NCBI GenBank assembly: GCA_026386955.1
Contig: JAPLMQ010000190.1
Span: 1 to 23,725, forward strand
DNA length: 23,725 bases
Direction: 5' to 3'
Source: Planctomycetota bacterium
GTDB lineage: Bacteria; Planctomycetota; Phycisphaerae; Phycisphaerales; Phycisphaeraceae
Under the pieces are notes generated by a model that did not search any database, was not told the origin of the DNA, and worked only from the letters and a program-made list of their open reading frames with translations. Of the stretch, positions 1-8,057 are shown piece after piece. Numbering within the stretch: the first letter of the stretch is position 1; each line of letters starts with the position of its first letter. A program made the position numbers and the translations under genes.

Positions 1-129
1 GGCCGACGGCCCGGTGGCGGGCTGCGACGCCGCGGGCTCGTCGGCCCGCACGGCGGGCGCGGCGGCCGCGAGCGACAGCGCGAGCATCGCTGCGGCGAGG
101 TCGGTGGGCTGGCGGCGATGGATCGTCAT
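1..129 (-). CDS. 5' part of an ORF that continues beyond the window. The N-terminus has a signal-peptide-like sequence (MTIHRRQPTDLAAAMLALSLAAAAPAVRA|DEP). It is the next gene downstream of exbD on the same strand and could be a TonB-like or periplasmic partner.
   Basis: Minus-strand ATG at 129-127 gives an open frame to the window edge. The n/h/c-region signal peptide was read by eye. The frame differs from the listed 126..581 ORF. Too short to classify. Confidence 0.3.
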   Translation of the reverse strand, partial: MTIHRRQPTDLAAAMLALSLAAAAPAVRADEPAASQPATGPSA

Positions 130-148
130 GCGCGGGTTCCGGACGATT

Positions 149-574
149 TCAAAGCTCGCTGCGGGGCTTGGTCGTGGCGATGAAGACGTTGCGGAGCTTC
201 GCGGCGTAGCAGAGGTCCATCACCCGGATGACCGTGCCCAGGTCGCTCTTGCGGTCGCCGCGGATCAGGACCGACTCGTCGGGGAACTGCTCCGCCAGCT
301 CGTGCAGCGTGGCGGTGAGCGACTCCATCGTGTGGGCCCGCTCGCCCATGTAGAGCGTGCCGTCGGAGCGGACGGTGATGACGATCTGCGTCGCGGGGCC
401 GACGCTGGCCTTGGCCGACTGCGTCTCCTGCAGCGAGACGTCGATTTGGCGGTCGGTGTCGCGGTAGGCGGCGATGGTGATGAAGAACGTGAGGATCAGG
501 AAGAGGACGTCGACGTAGGTCGTCGGCGGCCTCCATCCGTAGTCCGTCGCGCTGGGCGGGGCGGAGAAGCTCAA
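149..574 (-). CDS. exbD: Biopolymer transport protein ExbD/TolR, 141 aa.
   Basis: One N-terminal TM helix (VDVLFLILTFFITIAAY) followed by a periplasmic domain typical of ExbD/TolR. TTG start preceded by GAGGTGAGG. The start overlaps the exbB stop as TTGA, which suggests translational coupling. Confidence 0.8.
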   Translation of the reverse strand: MSFSAPPSATDYGWRPPTTYVDVLFLILTFFITIAAYRDTDRQIDVSLQETQSAKASVGPATQIVITVRSDGTLYMGERAHTMESLTATLHELAEQFPDESVLIRGDRKSDLGTVIRVMDLCYAAKLRNVFIATTKPRSEL

Positions 575-1398
575 GCCTCACCTCGCTTCATGTGGTCGGC
601 GATCTGGTGGACGACGCGCTCGACCTCGGAGAGGGCCTTGGTCGTGCGGGTCTTGATGACGCTGTAGAAGACCACGCAGAGGATCGCGACCCCCAGGCCG
701 AAGAAGGTCGCGCTCATCGCCCCGCCGATCGACTGGGCGAGCAGCTTGCTGTGCAGCCCGGTCGACTGCGAGGGGCTGACCTCGAAGGCCTGGATCATCC
801 CCAGCACGGTGCCCAGCAGCCCGAGCATCGGGGCGATGTTGGAGAGGTCGAGCAGGTAGCTCACGCGGTTCCAGACCAGCTCGGCGCGGCGCTTGCCCTC
901 GGCGTCGATGATGTTGAGCAGCGTGGCGTGGCTCTTGTCGGAGTTCTCCACGCAGCGCTGGATGATGCTCGCGGCGAAGATCCGCCGGTGCCGGCGGCAA
1001 TACTCCGCGGCGTCGGCGTAGCGCCTCGAGGCGACCAGCCGCGTCACGTCGTCGCCGAAGTCCGAGGGCATCATTCGTCCGGTGTGGAGCGTGAAGAGGA
1101 AGACCAGGAAGAAGGCGACCGCGATGACCGAGAGGCCCGCGATGATCGAGTTGATGATCGGGTTGGTCTTGAAGAACTCCTCGAAGGTCGGAAGCTGGCC
1201 GGTGTCGGGGTTGATGCCGGCAGGGCCGGGCGCGGGCGCGACGGTGCGCGGGGCGGGGGTGGCCGAGACGGGGGCCGGAGCCGGGGCGGGCGGAGCGGAT
1301 TGGGCCCACAGGGTCGTGGAGACCAGGACGGCGGCGAGGGCGGCTGTGACGCCGAGCCGGCCGAAGTGTCGGAAGAAGCCGAGATGACCTGTGGGCAC
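571..1398 (-). CDS. exbB: MotA/TolQ/ExbB proton-channel family protein with an N-terminal signal-peptide-like segment and a Pro/Ala-rich linker.
   Basis: C-terminal TM helices and the MotA/TolQ/ExbB signature region (APMLGLLGTVLGMIQAF...GLHSKLLAQSIGGAMSATFFGLGVAIL). The listed ORF starts at 1407 with a GTG that overlaps the AGGAG. I prefer the GTG at 1398, which is the 4th codon and sits 8 nt after the AGGAG. Confidence 0.8.
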   Translation of the reverse strand: MPTGHLGFFRHFGRLGVTAALAAVLVSTTLWAQSAPPAPAPAPVSATPAPRTVAPAPGPAGINPDTGQLPTFEEFFKTNPIINSIIAGLSVIAVAFFLVFLFTLHTGRMMPSDFGDDVTRLVASRRYADAAEYCRRHRRIFAASIIQRCVENSDKSHATLLNIIDAEGKRRAELVWNRVSYLLDLSNIAPMLGLLGTVLGMIQAFEVSPSQSTGLHSKLLAQSIGGAMSATFFGLGVAILCVVFYSVIKTRTTKALSEVERVVHQIADHMKRGEA

Positions 1399-1717
1399 GA
1401 GAGGCACTCCTGATCGGGAGGTTGGGATTGTGCGAGGCGCCGGAAGCGGGCTGGGGGCGGGCGGGCGGAGGCGTCTGGGGCGAAGGCGGGCGTCGAGCGG
1501 GGCGGCCCGGATCGTCCGGGCATTCTAACCAATCACTCGTCGGCTGTTCATCCGCGCGGCGACCTCGCCTGGAACATCCGACCTCGTGCCCGCGCTCCTC
1601 GGCGGGCGTGGCATAGCCTAGGCTGAGCAATGATCAATGGCCAGCGGCGGCCAGCCGCTAGTGTTGCGTTGCGGACCGGAAATATCGGACGTAGCGGCTG
1701 GGAAAAGTTTCACTCAG

Positions 1718-1736
1718 GCCCGCCAGGCGGGTTTTT
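1718..1736 (+). terminator. GC hairpin (GCCCGCC-A-GGCGGG) followed by TTTTT. It resembles an intrinsic terminator and lies in the divergent intergenic region about 130 bp upstream of the phosphatase gene.
   Basis: Read directly: cccgcc a ggcggg tttttc. It only looks like a terminator on the + strand, where it has no upstream + gene. It may be a leader attenuator or the 3' end of a small RNA. Confidence 0.3.
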
Positions 1737-1865
1737 CATGCGAGTCGGACGCGCCAGTGACGGAGTCTTGTCCCCCACGCCCCGCGCGAGTACTCTCCCG
1801 GGCGGTGCTCGGCAGGCCTCCTGGGCCGCCGAAGGTCTGCGCGACCCCGTCGTCGCCTCTCATCG

Positions 1866-4148
1866 GTGTGGGCCATGGCCGACTCTTCATCTCGTGAGCT
1901 TGATCGCGCGACCTCCGCGCCTTCCCCCATGCCTTCGCCCAAGCTCCACCATCGCCTCCTCGCCCGGCTCTCCATCCGCTTCACCATCCCCGCGCTGCTC
2001 GCCACGCCCACCATCCTCGCCTGCATCCTCCTGATCTACCTCAGCGTCAGCCGGGCCCGCACCGCGGTCGACCGGCTCGTGGTCGACACCTTCGACGCCA
2101 CGCACGACCGCGTCGCCGAGCGCATCAACGAGATCGTCGGCATGCCCCAGCGGCTCAACGAGCTCAACCTCCGCCTGTTGCGCCTGGGCAAGCTCGATGC
2201 GGCCGACCTCGCCTCCTGGCGGCCTCTGCTCCACCAACAAGCCCGCGTCTTCGACTTCATCAGCTGCATGAGCTGGGACGGCGCCGACGGCCGGCACGCC
2301 TGGATCACCCGCTACCCCGGCGGGCCCGACCTCTACTTCGCGGTCAACAACCAGGCCGGCTCGCGGCAGGTCGTCGAACGCCGCTGCCTGCCCGACGGCT
2401 CGCTCGAGGAGGGCGCCCCGCGCACCTACGACATCGACCCGCGCGAGTTCGCCCCGTTTAAGGCCGGCGCCAAGGCCGACTCCTTCGCGTGGTCCGAGCC
2501 GTTTGACTGGGTCAGCGAGGACGGCTCGATCCTCACCCGCGCGCTCGCCAACGTCGTGCCTGTGCGCGACGAAGCGGGCAAGCTCGAGGGCGTGCTCACC
2601 GCCCAGTTCACCTTGCACGACATCAGCACGTTCCTCAGCGGCCAGGGCCTCAGCCCGGGCGGGCGGATCTTCATCCTCGACACGCAGGGGCATCTCCTGG
2701 CCGACTCCCGGCTCTACCCCGCGCTCGACCTCAACCGCAAGCCGGTGCTCGCCACCGAGGCGAAGGACGGCGTGATCGTCGCCGCGACGGCCGCCGCCAA
2801 GCTCGACCCCGCCAACCCCACCTCCTTCCTCGTCCGCCAGCAGAAGATCTTCTCCTTCGAGGGCAAGCCGTGGATCCTCGTCGCCACGCCCTTCCACCAC
2901 CCCTCGGGCCTGCGCTGGATCACCGTCACCGCAGCCCCGGAGAGCGATTTCCTGGGCGACGTGAACAAGACCCGCCGCGACGGCGCGCTGATCGCTCTGG
3001 CGATCGCACTGGGCACGATCCTCTTCGGCATCCTTCTGGCCTTCTTCGTCCTGCGCCCGATGATCGCGCTGACCAACTACCTCCGCCTCCTGGGCGAGGG
3101 CGAGCTCGACGCCCGCATCGACCTGCCCTACGCCCGCGAGTTCCGCCAGATCGCCGACGCGCTCAACCGCACCGCCGCGAGCTTGAAGGAGCACCTCAAG
3201 CTCACGCACGACGTCAACATCGCCGACGAGATCCAGCGGAGCCTGCTGCCCGCCTCGACGCCCGACTTCCCCGGGCTGGAGCTGGCCGCGTTCGGGCGGT
3301 TCTGCGACAAGACCGGCGGCGACTACTACGACTTCTTCCTCCGCCGCGAGGGCGACGCGCATGAGATGGTGATCGCCATCGGCGACGTGGTCGGGCACGG
3401 GCTCCCCTCGGCGATGATGATGGCGACCACGCGCGGGCTGCTCCGCTCTCGCTCGGAGGTGACCAACTCCGTCGCCGACATGCTCATCCACGCCAACCGC
3501 CACCTGCTCGGCGAGGGCGAGATGACCACCGGGCGCTTCATGACGCTGCTGCTGCTCCACATCGACGCAGGGGCGCGCACGCTCCGCTTCGCCTCCGCCG
3601 GGCACGACAGCCCCATCGCCTACGACGCCGCAACGAAGACCTTCCCCGAGATCGACGGCGGCGACCTCCCGCTGGGCATCCTCGCGAACACGAAATACCT
3701 CGACCACCCGATGCCCGAGCTCTCGCCCGGCTCGGTCCTGCTCCTGGGGACCGACGGGCTCTGGGAGGCCCGCAGCCCCGCGGGGCAGATGCTCGGGAAG
3801 GAGCGGCTGCGCGAGGTGATCGCCGCGAACGCCTCGCGCCCCGCGAAGGAGATCGTCGCCGCGCTGTGGGAGCTCTCGGAGCGCCACCGCGGGGGGATCC
3901 CGCTCAAGGACGACCTGACGATCGTGCTGGCGAAGTTGAGTTTATTGGGAACGAAATCGGTGGATTTGCCGTGCCACACCGCAGCCGAAGGCTGCTGTGG
4001 GAGAAGACCTGTCCCGGTTTCTTCCTTGGTAGAATCCTTCCCGATTAGGCCGCCATGGACATACTTTGGGATATCGATATGGATCATCCTGCATTGCAAA
4101 GGCTCGCCGGCTTCTGGTCCAAATTGGCCCAATGGGAAGCCGGCATGA
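1866..4148 (+). CDS. Membrane-anchored sensor PP2C-type (SpoIIE/RsbU-like) Ser/Thr phosphatase. Domain order: N-terminal TM, an extracytoplasmic sensor region, a second TM, a HAMP-like linker, then the PP2C domain.
   Basis: PP2C/SpoIIE motifs are present (GDYYDF...AIGDVVGHGLPSAMMMA...LLGTDGLWEA...DDLTIVLAKL). There is a TM helix at the N-terminus and a second one (LIALAIALGTILFGILLAFFVL) before a HAMP-like segment. The ORF formally runs to 4148, but the last ~70 codons lie in a low-GC insert and read through a repeat hairpin. The native end is probably near 3945. Confidence 0.8.
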   Translation: MWAMADSSSRELDRATSAPSPMPSPKLHHRLLARLSIRFTIPALLATPTILACILLIYLSVSRARTAVDRLVVDTFDATHDRVAERINEIVGMPQRLNELNLRLLRLGKLDAADLASWRPLLHQQARVFDFISCMSWDGADGRHAWITRYPGGPDLYFAVNNQAGSRQVVERRCLPDGSLEEGAPRTYDIDPREFAPFKAGAKADSFAWSEPFDWVSEDGSILTRALANVVPVRDEAGKLEGVLTAQFTLHDISTFLSGQGLSPGGRIFILDTQGHLLADSRLYPALDLNRKPVLATEAKDGVIVAATAAAKLDPANPTSFLVRQQKIFSFEGKPWILVATPFHHPSGLRWITVTAAPESDFLGDVNKTRRDGALIALAIALGTILFGILLAFFVLRPMIALTNYLRLLGEGELDARIDLPYAREFRQIADALNRTAASLKEHLKLTHDVNIADEIQRSLLPASTPDFPGLELAAFGRFCDKTGGDYYDFFLRREGDAHEMVIAIGDVVGHGLPSAMMMATTRGLLRSRSEVTNSVADMLIHANRHLLGEGEMTTGRFMTLLLLHIDAGARTLRFASAGHDSPIAYDAATKTFPEIDGGDLPLGILANTKYLDHPMPELSPGSVLLLGTDGLWEARSPAGQMLGKERLREVIAANASRPAKEIVAALWELSERHRGGIPLKDDLTIVLAKLSLLGTKSVDLPCHTAAEGCCGRRPVPVSSLVESFPIRPPWTYFGISIWIILHCKGSPASGPNWPNGKPA
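3966..3997. repeat. Solo copy of the hairpin repeat GTGCCACACCGCAGCC-GAA-GGCTGCTGTGGG. It has a 12-bp stem and belongs to the same family as the terminal inverted repeats of the 164-bp elements at 20079 and 21880.
   Basis: The match to the left ends of the elements at 20079-20108 and 21880-21909 is near-identical. The palindrome was verified by hand. Confidence 0.6.
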
Positions 4149-4516
4149 TTGAATTGTCAAAGCGCTTGGAAGACGGTCTGGTCGATGAGGCCGCTTACCG
4201 AAACCGTGTCGTTGCGGGAAAAAATGACCTGATGGCAATATACGCCACATTCTGCGACGCCGGGGAAAAAGCGTCAAGATTCAAAGACCAAGGGCTTAGC
4301 TGGCTTGGCGAAATAGAGCATGCGCCCGGCGGTGAAGTTGTAGAATCCTGCAAACTCGTTCGCCATAAGATGGTAATTGAAACGCGGCAGACGATAGCTC
4401 TTATGCATAGGCGAAGATACGAGGTGATTGAGCGTGATGGAGTGTGGAAACTGCGAGATGTCTTGTACTACTCGACCTTGGGCAATCCTGAAAAACGGCG
4501 CAAAGAGATGCTGTGA
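4055..4516 (+). CDS. Hypothetical small protein of 153 aa, possibly with an NTF2-like/SnoaL-like fold, encoded entirely within the low-GC island.
   Basis: ATG-start ORF with codon usage unlike its neighbours. The C-terminal ...RYEVIERDGVWKLRDVLY resembles the terminal beta-strands of NTF2-like domains. I recognise no family, and no SD is evident. Confidence 0.45.
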   Translation: MDILWDIDMDHPALQRLAGFWSKLAQWEAGMIELSKRLEDGLVDEAAYRNRVVAGKNDLMAIYATFCDAGEKASRFKDQGLSWLGEIEHAPGGEVVESCKLVRHKMVIETRQTIALMHRRRYEVIERDGVWKLRDVLYYSTLGNPEKRRKEML

Positions 4517-4554
4517 AGAAGAAAAAATGGTGGCGGAATCAAGTTTGAGCCCGC

Positions 4555-5517
4555 CTACCGCCCGTTCCCCGGCCCCATGTCGGGTTTGGGAGGCTCGGCC
4601 TTGGGCTGCGACCGGGCGATCACGAAGTCGACCAGCTCCTGGCAGTGGAAGAAGCCTTCCCAGACGTTGTGCCCCTGCCCCGGGGCGATATTGAGCGTCA
4701 TCGTCCCGCCGAAGGTTTTGTATCGCTTCGCGACCTCGCCCGCGTTCTTCTCCAGCGGGACGAGCTTGTCGGCGTCGCCCTGGATGAAGTAGATCGGCAC
4801 GCCCGCCTTGGCGAGGGGCTCGAGGCGCTCGATGGGGTTTTGCTTCGACTCCTGGGCGGCGAGCTCCCGGTCGGTCATCTCGTAGGCGCGCGAGGCTCCG
4901 CCCAGCCCGGGGTAGCTGCGCAGGTCGCAGACGGGGTAGATGCCCGCGATGCCCGCGACGCGCGCGGGGTTGTCGGCCGCCCAGTTGAGGATCTGCAGCC
5001 CGCCCCGGCTGCGCCCCAGGACGCAGGGCGTCTGCGACATGCCGCGGTGGTCGACCAGCTCGTTGTAGAGGGCAGTGAAGAGCGCGCGCCCGCGCGGGCT
5101 GCCGTACGACTCGCCGACGTCGATGCCGGCGATGGCGATGCCCGCGTCGAGCCATTGCTTGAACATCCAATCCTCGCCGCCGGGCAGGCCCGGGAGCGTC
5201 GGAGCGTAGATGACCCAGGGCGTGCGCGGGCTGGGGGCGGCCTTGGGGAGGTTCTTGGGGAGCATGAGGAAGGCGACATGCCCCTGCACGAGGAATACCT
5301 CGCCGGGGAAGGGGAGCTTCTTCGCGAGCGGGTTCGGGGCGGGCTGCGTCGTGGCGGGCTTGGTGGCCGGTTTGGTGGCCGGCGCAGCGGCGGGCTTCGT
5401 GGCGGTGGGGGGCGGAGCGTCCTCCGCGCGGGCGGGCGGCGTCGGGCCCGTCGAGAGGATCAGGGCGGAGGCCATCGCCACGATCGTGATCCCGCGCCGC
5501 GTGAGGTGGTGTTTCAT
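4555..5517 (-). CDS. Secreted alpha/beta-hydrolase (esterase/peptidase-like) with a signal peptide and a Pro/Ala/Thr/Lys-rich linker.
   Basis: Start chosen at the internal Met (MKHHLTRRGITIVAMASALILS..., a signal peptide). The upstream part of the listed 373-aa ORF is Arg-rich junk. There is a GxSxG-like nucleophile elbow (LGRSRGG). The C-terminal DADKLVP...GQGHN is typical of the catalytic Asp/His region of this fold. Confidence 0.6.
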   Translation of the reverse strand: MKHHLTRRGITIVAMASALILSTGPTPPARAEDAPPPTATKPAAAPATKPATKPATTQPAPNPLAKKLPFPGEVFLVQGHVAFLMLPKNLPKAAPSPRTPWVIYAPTLPGLPGGEDWMFKQWLDAGIAIAGIDVGESYGSPRGRALFTALYNELVDHRGMSQTPCVLGRSRGGLQILNWAADNPARVAGIAGIYPVCDLRSYPGLGGASRAYEMTDRELAAQESKQNPIERLEPLAKAGVPIYFIQGDADKLVPLEKNAGEVAKRYKTFGGTMTLNIAPGQGHNVWEGFFHCQELVDFVIARSQPKAEPPKPDMGPGNGR

Positions 5518-5584
5518 GGTGCCATGATCTTCGCATATCGGCGCGAAGACGCGGCAAGGCGGCACTTGGCTCGTAGTTCCGCCT

Positions 5585-6043
5585 TCAGGCGGTCTTCGTT
5601 TTTTCTGCCGCGGGCCTGAGCAGTGTCGACGTCGAAGTTGGCGTCGATCGCGACGACTTCGGGCTCGCCGCCGCAACCCGCTCGGGCGGGACCGGCACGG
5701 GGGCGAAGGCGTCGGTGGGCACGAAGAGCAGGATCACCAGCAGCGGGAGGCTGGTCCCGGGGATGGAGGCGGCGACGACGGAGACGAGCATGAACGGGCC
5801 GTGGACGCCGGTGTCGCGCAGGCGGGGGAAGAGGATGCTGCCGTACTGGAGGATGACGAAGGGGGCGATGAGGATGAACCAGGGGATCCGCGCGAGGAAG
5901 AGCAGGGCGTTGTTGGGCGAATCGCCCTGCACGAAGAGCCAGAGGGCGATGACGAAGGTCGCGGCCATGAACGCGGCGAGGCGGATGGCGTAGCTCCTCC
6001 GGCCGAGGCGTTTGGGGAAGAGGAGGCGGAGTGCGGCGAGCAT
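5585..6043 (-). CDS. Small integral membrane protein, DUF805-like, about 152 aa.
   Basis: Start taken at the internal Met (MLAALRLLFPKRLGRRSYAIRLAAFMAATFVIALWLF...) because the upstream listed residues are low-complexity. There are three or more hydrophobic helices. The RLGRRSY motif resembles DUF805. Confidence 0.45.
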   Translation of the reverse strand: MLAALRLLFPKRLGRRSYAIRLAAFMAATFVIALWLFVQGDSPNNALLFLARIPWFILIAPFVILQYGSILFPRLRDTGVHGPFMLVSVVAASIPGTSLPLLVILLFVPTDAFAPVPVPPERVAAASPKSSRSTPTSTSTLLRPAAEKTKTA

Positions 6044-6292
6044 GGGGAGTTCCCGGCGGGCGAGGTGCGTGATACGCCTTGGGGTTATCGGCGGGCGGAC
6101 GGCACGTCGCGCGGCGGAGTCGGGCGATGGGGCTGGATTCCCGGCCGGCGCGTGATGCGCATGGCGGCTGGACCGGTTGGGAGGGCCGGTGCCTCGATTC
6201 GTCACGGCCCCGGTCTACCCACTATGATTTTGTTCCCTCCCGCGGGTTGATGTTCCCGATCCCGCGATGCCGCCGACGGAGACTGGATTCCC

Positions 6293-7129
6293 ATGCGATA
6301 CGCGATGATGACCTGCAGCCTGGTCCGCGCCTTTCCCAAGGGCGGGCCGATCGACATGAAGGCGGTCCTCGACCTCGTCGCCGACATGAAACTCGCGGGG
6401 CTCGAGCAGGACACGCTCCACGGCTACGCCCCGCGCGACCTGAAGGCCATGGCCCACGACCGCGGCGTGACGATCTTCAACTACACCGAGAACGCCCCCT
6501 TCGCCTGCCCGCCGGGCGAGCGGCGCACCGCGGCGATGGACCGCTTCAAGCAGGTGCTCGACGACGCGCTGGCGCTCGGCTCGCCGCGGCTGATGCTCCC
6601 CGTCCCCGGCCACGCCGACGTGCCCCGCGCCCAGTCGCGGGCCTGGGCGATCGAGTGTCTCGCGGAGGCCGTCCCGCTCGGATTGGCCGCGGGCGTGGCG
6701 GTGAGCACCGAGCACTTCGCCGCGCACACCTCGCCCTTCATCGTCTCGGACGACATCGAGGAGGCCGTGCGGGCGATCCCCGACCTGCGCGTGACTTTCG
6801 ACAACGGGAACGTCTTCACCGCGGGCGAGGACCCGGTGCACGCGTTCAATCGGCACAAGGAGCGGATCGACATCGTCCACCTCAAGGACTGGGACCGCAC
6901 GGAGCAAGGCTGGGTGCAGGGCCTGAGCGGCAAGTCGTTCCGCCCCGCGCTGATCGGGCAGGGCGTCATCGACTACCCCGCGATGATGCGGGCCCTGCTC
7001 GACGCGAAATTCGCCGGCTACGTCAACCTCGAATACGAGGACTCGCGCATCCCGCCGATGCAGGCGGTCCGCCAAGCCCATGCGTTCCTGCTCAACCTCG
7101 AACAAGAGCTCGCCGCCGCGCGGGCCTGA
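6293..7129 (+). CDS. Sugar phosphate isomerase/epimerase (xylose-isomerase-like TIM barrel) family protein.
   Basis: Length and motif pattern fit the AP-endonuclease-2/xylose-isomerase-like TIM barrel family (...HLKDWD...GQGVIDYPAMMRAL...). It is in the same orientation as the next gene, 60 bp upstream of it. Confidence 0.7.
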   Translation: MRYAMMTCSLVRAFPKGGPIDMKAVLDLVADMKLAGLEQDTLHGYAPRDLKAMAHDRGVTIFNYTENAPFACPPGERRTAAMDRFKQVLDDALALGSPRLMLPVPGHADVPRAQSRAWAIECLAEAVPLGLAAGVAVSTEHFAAHTSPFIVSDDIEEAVRAIPDLRVTFDNGNVFTAGEDPVHAFNRHKERIDIVHLKDWDRTEQGWVQGLSGKSFRPALIGQGVIDYPAMMRALLDAKFAGYVNLEYEDSRIPPMQAVRQAHAFLLNLEQELAAARA

Positions 7130-7189
7130 GCCGCCGGCCGCCGCCGACGCATCCTGTTCATTCGCCGCAGACCGAAGGAGAAGTCCACG

Positions 7190-7975
7190 ATGGCATTCAC
7201 GCTCGACGACTCGATGATCAACCACTATTGGAGCCAAGGCTACCTGATCTTCCGCGGGATCGTTCCGCCGACGCTGCTGCGCGACTTGCGAGCCGAGTCC
7301 GACAAGGCCCGCGAACTGGTCCGGGCCCGCTCGGGCCCACAGGTGCTGCGCACGCCGCTGGTCAAGACCCTCGACGGGCAGATCAGCATGAAGCCGTTCC
7401 AGGACTACCTCGACCTGCCCGAACTGGTCGGGGCGCTGGAACGCCTGTTCGGGCCGGGGTCGAGGCCCGGGAGCTTCGACCTCCTGCAGGTGCTGCTCGA
7501 GCCCAAGAACCGCCCGGTGATGGGCGGATGGCACCGCGACGGCGTGGTGGGCCTGCCGATGAGCGAGCAGCACAAGCCCGAGCAACTCGCCAAGCGGGCC
7601 GAGGTGTGGCACCGCCCGCGTTCGGGGAACCAGGTGAACTGCGCGATCTACTCCGACTCGTGCCTCTGGTACGTCCCGGGGAGCCACCTGCGGATGCGCG
7701 ACCTCGCGGGCGAGCGGCAGAGCTGGTGCTTCATGACGGAGAAGTATCCGTACGCCGATTCGAAGCTGAGCGACGTGGAACTGGAACGGACGTTCATCGA
7801 CATCTGCCGGGCGTTCCCGGGGGCGATGCAGGCGCACCTCGCGCCGGGGGACTACATGGTCTACCGCAGCCAGGCGTGGCACACGGGGGTCTACGCGCCG
7901 ACGCAGCCCCGGGCGACGATCCACGACATCCCGACGTACGACTGGTCGGAGGGGCGCGGGCTGGGGGCGCCGTGA
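7190..7975 (+). CDS. Phytanoyl-CoA dioxygenase (PhyH)-family Fe(II)/2-oxoglutarate oxygenase.
   Basis: N-terminal HYWSQGYLIFRGIV with a WHRD (HxD) motif and a distal His (WHTGVY). A GAAGGAGAAG RBS lies 8 nt upstream of the ATG. It is likely an operon with 6293-7129. Confidence 0.65.
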   Translation: MAFTLDDSMINHYWSQGYLIFRGIVPPTLLRDLRAESDKARELVRARSGPQVLRTPLVKTLDGQISMKPFQDYLDLPELVGALERLFGPGSRPGSFDLLQVLLEPKNRPVMGGWHRDGVVGLPMSEQHKPEQLAKRAEVWHRPRSGNQVNCAIYSDSCLWYVPGSHLRMRDLAGERQSWCFMTEKYPYADSKLSDVELERTFIDICRAFPGAMQAHLAPGDYMVYRSQAWHTGVYAPTQPRATIHDIPTYDWSEGRGLGAP

Positions 7976-8002
7976 GGGCGGCGGAAAGCTGGGTGACACG
8001 CG

Positions 8003-8031
8003 CTGATCCGAGCCGGACAGGCTCTGATCAG
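8003..8031. terminator. Imperfect 11-bp-stem hairpin (CTGATCcGAGCC-GGACA-GGCTCtGATCAG) between the convergent genes. It is a candidate bidirectional terminator.
   Basis: The palindrome was read directly from sequence. No U-tract is present. Confidence 0.3.
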
Positions 8032-8057
8032 CCGTGCCGTTGCCCGCCGCCCGCCAT

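Larger units (their letters stand above)
3935..4545. other. Compositionally distinct low-GC island (about 50% GC against about 70% flanking). It is probably horizontally acquired DNA inserted at the 3' end of the phosphatase gene.
   Basis: There is an abrupt visible drop in GC. It contains the solo hairpin repeat and one small ORF. No integrase or tRNA lies nearby. Confidence 0.5.

Noticed and set aside
1887-3887. 666-aa minus-strand ORF antisense to the PP2C sensor phosphatase.
   Set aside because: No motifs and a composition artefact. The sense frame carries unmistakable PP2C/SpoIIE motifs.
5529-5548. Hairpin CTTCGC-(8 nt)-GCGAAG about 10 nt upstream of the esterase start codon, as a possible translational regulator.
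   Set aside because: The stem is short (6 bp), there is no supporting conservation, and such palindromes are frequent in GC-rich intergenic DNA.
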